The notes below the pieces were generated by a model. The model was given only the letters and a program-made list of their open reading frames with translations. It searched no databases and was not told the origin of the DNA. A DNA stretch of 64,000 nt, from positions 174,427 to 238,426 of the forward strand of contig NIVC01000852.1 in the NCBI GenBank assembly GCA_002269645.1, read 5' to 3'. The DNA comes from Macrostomum lignano (Eukaryota). The position numbers and the translations under genes are program-made. Shown here one piece after another: positions 57,782-64,000 of the stretch (its first letter is position 1; every line of letters starts with the position of its first letter).

Positions 57782-59929
57782 GCTTGTCTAGACAACTGTC
57801 TGTGACAGTTTTTATTTGTCTTAATTAGTCCAAACTCAGAAAATTTCAGGGTTAATTTTAACTATTTGAAGTTATTGATATTTAATATAAATTAGAATAG
57901 ACAATAGTTAGCAGGTCCTTAACTAGGGGTTGGACAAGATCTTTATCTTGATCTCAATTGTCAAGATCTTGGCACTTTTCTCAATCTTGATCTCAGTTTT
58001 GAGATCTCAAAAAAGTCAAGATTTGTGACTATATGACTAACAAGTCACAAACAAGCTCAATATTATGTAATAATTGTTTTTCCTTCTATTATTATCATTT
58101 TACACATTTAACAAATAATAATATTATCACAAATAGATAGAATAGTGTAAATAGGCCTAATAGATGCTAATTAGGCTTAATCTCAAATCTCAATCATCTC
58201 AAAAGCATGGATCTTCAAGAGTCTTAAAAATCTTGAAAATGTGATATTTTTACCCCTTATCCCTATGAAACATTATATTATAAATGGTTGAATAATTTGC
58301 AACATTTTACAAAAAAAACAATTAAATATGGTTGAGGGATTTAACCTACAAAGTGAAATTCTACAAATAGACAGACAGATAGACACAGACTTTAGATTTA
58401 ATATAGAAGTATAGAAGTATACAAAGATCTTAAAGAAATCTTTGATAGGAAATACTGTTGCAACTAGTAGTACACTTAGTATTTTATTAGACACTATTGG
58501 CAATTAATAATAACTTACTTTTAATCATAGCTTTATTTGATATAGATGAATTACATATAAAGATCAAACTATAACTATTATCAAACTTTAAATATTATAT
58601 AAAAACAATTTAAGGTCATAATTTTAAATAGGATCTAAATTATTAAGATTAGACAAGATAAAGTTCTAGTTTTTCATTAGGATACTACTAATAAGCTATG
58701 GGACCTTGGGATAATGCAATTGGGATAAAGGTTTTATCTAGTCTTTAACTATATATTATTATAAGATTCCTTAAAATGTTTACCATTGGGAACCTTAGGA
58801 TCCCAATTTTTGTGAGAACTCTAGGATTTAATAAAGAAGGATCAAGATATCTAATCTCTAAATATAAATATCATTGGAATATCATTAGAGTTAAAGCTAT
58901 TATAATAATTATGATATAGATGTTGCTTAGTGGGAATCATTAGCTATATAAATATAAAGAACATGACTAAAATGTATTCTTTAAAAACATTTTAAAACCT
59001 TTTTTCTGTAGATAGTATAGAATTTAGAAAAAATATAAAGGATAGAATCAGGAATAGCTAAGTTAAAAAACTACAGTTTCATTTTGAATTTTGTGATTTA
59101 GTTCTGATTTCTAATTCAAAATTTACTAGTGCTAATAGTAACTAAACTAAAAGTAACTAAAGTTACTACTACTAGGAGCTAATAATAGCAATGCTAGTAG
59201 CAATACCAATAGTATTCATTATGGACGCATATTAGCAAAAAAGTTGATTGGCTGTTTGGCACTGCTGCATTTTACTCAAATAACTTAAACACAACTTCTC
59301 AATACCGTTACACAATGGAATGCAGTAAAGTAAAGATTGCCAGGAAAACTATTCTGAATCTGAATACTATAGCCTAATCCAATATACTAAAAATGAAAAT
59401 CTTGCTTGCTTGTAATCGTCTGAATACTATAGCCTAAGGAAAACTATTCTGAATCTGAATACTAAGGAAAACTACTCAGAATACAAATGTTTAATTAACC
59501 AGCACACAGCATCAGGCAGCTGAAGTTCCATTGAAGTGCTGGGGTCATTTGGTGTTGCTGGGGTACATCCAAGAATTCACGAATTACAATTTTACTATTA
59601 AATAAGCAGTAGTAACAAAATAGATTCCTGGAATCTTGAATTCAACTGAGAATTTAAATTAATGTTCTCCGTTTTAAACTCTATAGTTTGCAGAGAATTA
59701 GGCAAATAAGTAAGTTAAAAGTAACTTTTACTAAATTAAGCATTCTTTGAATGACTATCTCATTAACTAAATAACACATTTTAATGCTTATTTGTTTAAT
59801 TGTTTGCATCTAAGACAGCATATTTTAACTTTAAAGTTTTACGAGAAATTTCTGGAACAGATATCGCAATCGCAAATATATATCATTATCAATTGAGTGG
59901 ACCGCTTCTACATAAAATATTCCAAGGGA
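57782..59929. promoter_or_regulatory. AT-rich head-to-head intergenic region between HERC2 and EFCAB2 (candidate bidirectional promoter)
   Basis: The two start codons diverge about 2.15 kb apart; transcription start sites cannot be determined from sequence. Confidence 0.4.
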
Positions 59930-60707
59930 ATGGCCACTGAAGAAGCACTTCCTCCGGAAAACCCAGGTATTTTTAATGCAACGACAAAGCTCATAAGATC
60001 TACTTAAGAACATGCAGTTATCGATGCTAGACTATAGATTGTAGTCACTACAATGTATTGTAAAACTTGACACAATATTTGTATAAAAATGGTCAGGATG
60101 AACTTGAAAGTAAATCCTAGTGAGCCTAACTATTTCCTATTTTAATTTTCAGAGGATACCGCCGTGCAGGAATTGAAAAAGAGAATCGCTGACGCTTTTG
60201 AGATATTCGACCACGAAGCAAATCAAACCGTCGACGTCAGAGAAGTCGGAACGATTATTCGTTCTCTTGGCTGCTGTCCTACAGAAGGTGAACTCCATGA
60301 CATTCTCAAAGAAATGGAAGAAGAAGAGCCACTGCCGTACGTCACTTTCGATGCATTCCTTGGTGTTGCGATGAAGATTTTGCAAGAGAAACGCTACAAG
60401 CCTGCACTAGAAGATCAGCTACTAAAGGCATTTCAAGTGTTAGACATTGAGAACAACGGCTATCTGACAAAAGAAGAAATCGAGAAGTACATGGTGGAGG
60501 AAGGTACGACTACCATAACTTCAATTTCGTTAAAGCTGATTCAGCTCCAAATGGCCTTTTTACATATATCGCTTACAAAAACTTTCAGGCGAGCCATTTT
60601 CCACCGAGGAGCTGGAGGAGATGCTCTCGGCAGCCATTGATCCAGAAAAGGGCACCGTAATCTACAAAGAGTACGTGCCGCTCCTTGTTGTTGACGACGC
60701 TGTCTAA
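59930..60707 (+). CDS. EFCAB2: EF-hand protein EFCAB2 / dynein regulatory complex subunit DRC8, 3 exons (59930-59966, 60153-60503, 60589-60707), 168 aa
   Basis: MATEEALPPENP|EDTAVQELKKRIADAFEIFDHEANQTVDVREVGTIIRSLGCCPTEGELHD...KYMVEE|GEPFSTEELEEMLSAAIDP...; both introns are phase 1 GT-AG. Confidence 0.93.
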
Positions 60708-61164
60708 AGCTCTATCTGAAACGTCACAACGAATTCGCGTTTTATATGAGATTGGAATTTTATTATATTGACTATTTTATCTCCTGATCAGCGTCAATGA
60801 TGTACAATTCTCTGCTGCTAAATCATAAAATATTAATTGTTCCTTTTAAGTTTCATCAAGTATAAAAGAATTAACGACAAGTGAGTATCAGTGAACTAAA
60901 TAAAAAATACAACGTCGCCTCTCTTGCTCCTGCGTAAAACAAGAAGTAGATAGCTCAATAATATCCAAATCGAAGGATCATGGCTAGCTTTATTCGCTAT
61001 TGACATACTTTATTATAGTTACTACTAGTAGTATCGTGTAGAAGCATTCAGTAAGAATTTTCTTGCAAGAATTCTTCACCGAGATTCTCCGTCCAGAATT
61101 TTTCCCTGGTTTCGATTATAAACGCAGACCTTCCGACTGCTCCAAGGGAAAATCATAGAGATGC

Positions 61165-61318
61165 ATCTGAGCTTCATCAGTAGACACCCACAGCAGACTC
61201 TCAGCTTCAGCAGTAGACACCCACAGCAGACTCTCAGCTTCATCAGGAGATAGACACCCACAGCAGACTCTCAGCTTCATCAGTAGACACCCACAGCAGA
61301 CTCTCAGCTTCATCAGCT
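61165..61318. repeat. 33-bp repeat AGCTTCATCAGTAGACACCCACAGCAGACTCTC
   Basis: 4-5 copies. Confidence 0.88.
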
Positions 61319-61724
61319 AGACAGGATCGGCTCTGGAAGCCCTGGCCAACCTGCTGGAAGAGTCCGGCCTGATGGAGAAGAAGGGTTTCGAACAGCTGGC
61401 CAAATAGAGAATCCACATCAGGAACATTAAAAAAGTCGCCCACGCCGTGCACTTTATCCACACAACGAAAATTACACTACTACACTACTACTCAAATCTG
61501 AACTAAGTACTATATGGTGATAAATATTCGAGCGATATTTTATGGATTGTACTTTTTTAAAACACATTCAGCCAAAAATTTGATGTTATAGATGTTCAAG
61601 AGATCGAGTATCAGAGTTTGGGTGACTGGCTTGAGGAAATCAACAACATTCTCATTTAGATTTATTTTTGTGATGACACTCGGTTTTTATGGAAATGCCA
61701 ATCTCAAGTGTTCTCAAATCGCAG

Positions 61725-62912
61725 TGTAAACCCTCCATCCTCTGCAGAGTAGTAGATCTCCGCTAAACCCCATCCTCTGAAGAGTAGTAGATCTCCGCTA
61801 AACCCTCCATCCTCTGCAGAATAGTAGATCTCCGCTAAACCCTCCATCCTCTGCAGAATAGTAGAACTCCCTAAACTCTCTCTGCAGAGTAGATCTCCGC
61901 TAAACACTCCATCCTCTGCAGAATAGTAGATCTCCGCTAAACCTCCATCCTCTGCAGAGTAGATCTCCGCTAAACCCTCCATCCTCTGCAGAGTAGATCT
62001 CCGCTAAACACTCCATCCTCTGCAGAGTAGATCTCCGCTAAAACCACCATCCTCTGCAGAGTAGTAGATCTCCGCTAAACCCTCCATCCTCTGAAGAGTA
62101 GTAGATCTCCGCTAAACCCTCCATCCTCTGCAGAATAGTAGATCTCCGCTAAACCCTCCATCCTCTGCAGAATAGTAGATCTCCGCTAAGCCCTCATCCT
62201 CTGCAGAGTAGATCTCCGCTAAACCCTCCATCCTCTGCAGAATAGTAGATCTCCGCTAAGCCCTCCATCCTCTGAAGAGTAGATCTCCGCTAAACACTCC
62301 ATCCTCTGCAGAGTAGATCTCCGCTAAAACCACCATCCTCTGCAGAGTAGTAGATCTCCTAAACCCTCCATCCTCTGAAGAGTAGTAGATCTCCGCTAAA
62401 CCTCCATCCTCTGCAGAATAGTAGATCTCGCTAAACCTCCATCCTCTGCAGAATAGTAGATCTCCGCTAAGCCTCCATCCTCTGCAGAGTAGATCTCCGC
62501 TAAACCCTCCATCCTCTGCAGAATAGTAGATCTCCGCTAAGCCCTCCATCCTCTGAAGAGTAGATCTCCGCTAAGCCCTCCATCCTCTGAAGAGTAGATC
62601 TCCGCTAAGCCCTCCATCCTCTGAAGAGTAGATCTCCGCTAAACCCTCCATCCTCTGAAGAGTAGATCTCCGCTAAACCCTCCATCCTCTCAGAGTAGAT
62701 CTCCGCTAAACCCTCCATCCTGTGCAGAGTAGATCTCCGCTAAACCCTCCATCCTCTGCAGAGTAGATCTCCGCTAAACCCTCCATCCTCTGCAGAGTAG
62801 ATCTCCGCTAAACCCTCCATCCTCTGCAGAGTAGATCTCCGCTAAACCCTCCATCCTCTGCAGAGTAGATCTCCGCTAAACCCTCCATCCTCTGCAGAGT
62901 AGATCTCCGCTT
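61725..62912. repeat. About 34-bp minisatellite GAGTAGATCTCCGCTAAACCCTCCATCCTCTGCA
   Basis: Tandem copies. Confidence 0.95.
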
Positions 62913-64000
62913 AAATTCTCTGCAAAGCACAGCTATGCACTGGCCATCCCACCAGTCAGAGAAGAGAGCAGTTTTTCAAGCAGTACGCATAAAAGTCTGC
63001 TGAAATCAATCAGCCAGTCGGGTCAGTTCAGTCTGCCAACAGTATTGCCGAACCGCATGCCTCTGCGCTGCGGTGGTGCCGTCTCGCCTCCTTGCAGCAG
63101 CGGGGCGGCCCCCTTGCGGCACGAGTGCAGTAGCAGTCAGGCCACCGCGGCAGCCAGCACCGCACAGAGCAGCTGATCACCAGGTAGTGCCACCATTGAA
63201 GACGCACCGCGGCGCCTCCGACGCCTTCACCGCCAGTAGTCTGACTGTCGCTCGTAGCAACAATCGGCAGGCTGCACAATTCAAATAAGGACGCAGCGAT
63301 GCGGTAGGCCGAGCGCTCATTGAAATTATGGAATTCGATGAAATTTACTGAAGACTAAATCATTTTGCATTTTTGATTGCCATGTTATTTTTATCCATGC
63401 TGTAAATTTCTGAAATCTTATTCTCAGAATCATCCAATTGCAAGCAGAGTAATATTTCTAGTCCGTACAGACAATAGAATTTGCTATTCAATTTTTCTGT
63501 CAAAGATATCCACCCGAAGCAAAACGTTTGAAGTAAAATAACACACTATAATTTATTATTATAAATCAAGTCTACAAAATGAAAATAGTTATTGATATTA
63601 ACAAAAGACGAAAAATATTAATCGAACTATGAAGCATGCAAATGAAAATATGAATTTAATATGTATCAAGACTACCAGAGCCTACCACAAACAATTCCGC
63701 AGTGGAAATGCGCCAATATAATAAAGTGTATTCTAAGATTATTAACACAGAATAGTAAAAACGTAATGGCCATGCACTACTTGGATAAGGAAATTACAAC
63801 TAATAAAATAAAAATCAAATATAAACAGCACAGGATTGGCTATTCAGTGGTGTAATAGGGGGGGGATACGGGATATACCCCCCATTTGATGAACAATGAC
63901 AAGTTTATTAAAAGTGACCTTGAAAATTACCAAGGCCGTTTTTCTACTAGCTACGGCTCAGATAAGTCACATGGCAATTGTTCTATCCAATGACAACGTC

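Noticed and set aside
57925-58260. Cluster of AGATCT/ATCTTGA motifs and the gggggggatacggg...cccccc segment at about 63845-63890 as MITE termini
   Set aside because: Suggestive only: no paired terminal inverted repeat or target-site duplication could be established within the window.

Overview
Animal genomic DNA with spliceosomal GT-AG introns, CpG-rich exons and minisatellite-packed introns. The organism is inferred, not proven, to be a Macrostomum-like free-living flatworm. Three genes can be reconstructed by hand. (1) A two-coding-exon neuropeptide prohormone on the minus strand (6425-6351 + 3619-3074, 206 aa). It has a signal peptide, an acidic spacer and 18 copies of FDPLIM separated by KR/RKR/RKK/RR sites. 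It looks like a simple tandem repeat and is the most interesting item here. (2) A HERC2 orthologue on the minus strand (57781-13636, 30 coding exons, about 5,130 aa) with cytochrome-b5-like, MIB-HERC2, UBA, CPH, ZZ, DOC, RLD2, RLD3 and HECT domains. RLD1 is strongly degenerate and exon 3 carries an apparent 1-nt frameshift. (3) EFCAB2/DRC8 on the plus strand (59930-60707, 3 exons, 168 aa), head-to-head with HERC2. Most larger introns are filled by their own unrelated minisatellite. One family recurs as a long inverted pair 24 kb apart, and several units carry canonical transcription-factor motifs. Three copies of a tRNA-derived SINE are present. Exon boundaries were set by eye from splice signals, phase continuity and remembered similarity to human HERC2/EFCAB2. 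Repeat boundaries are approximate.
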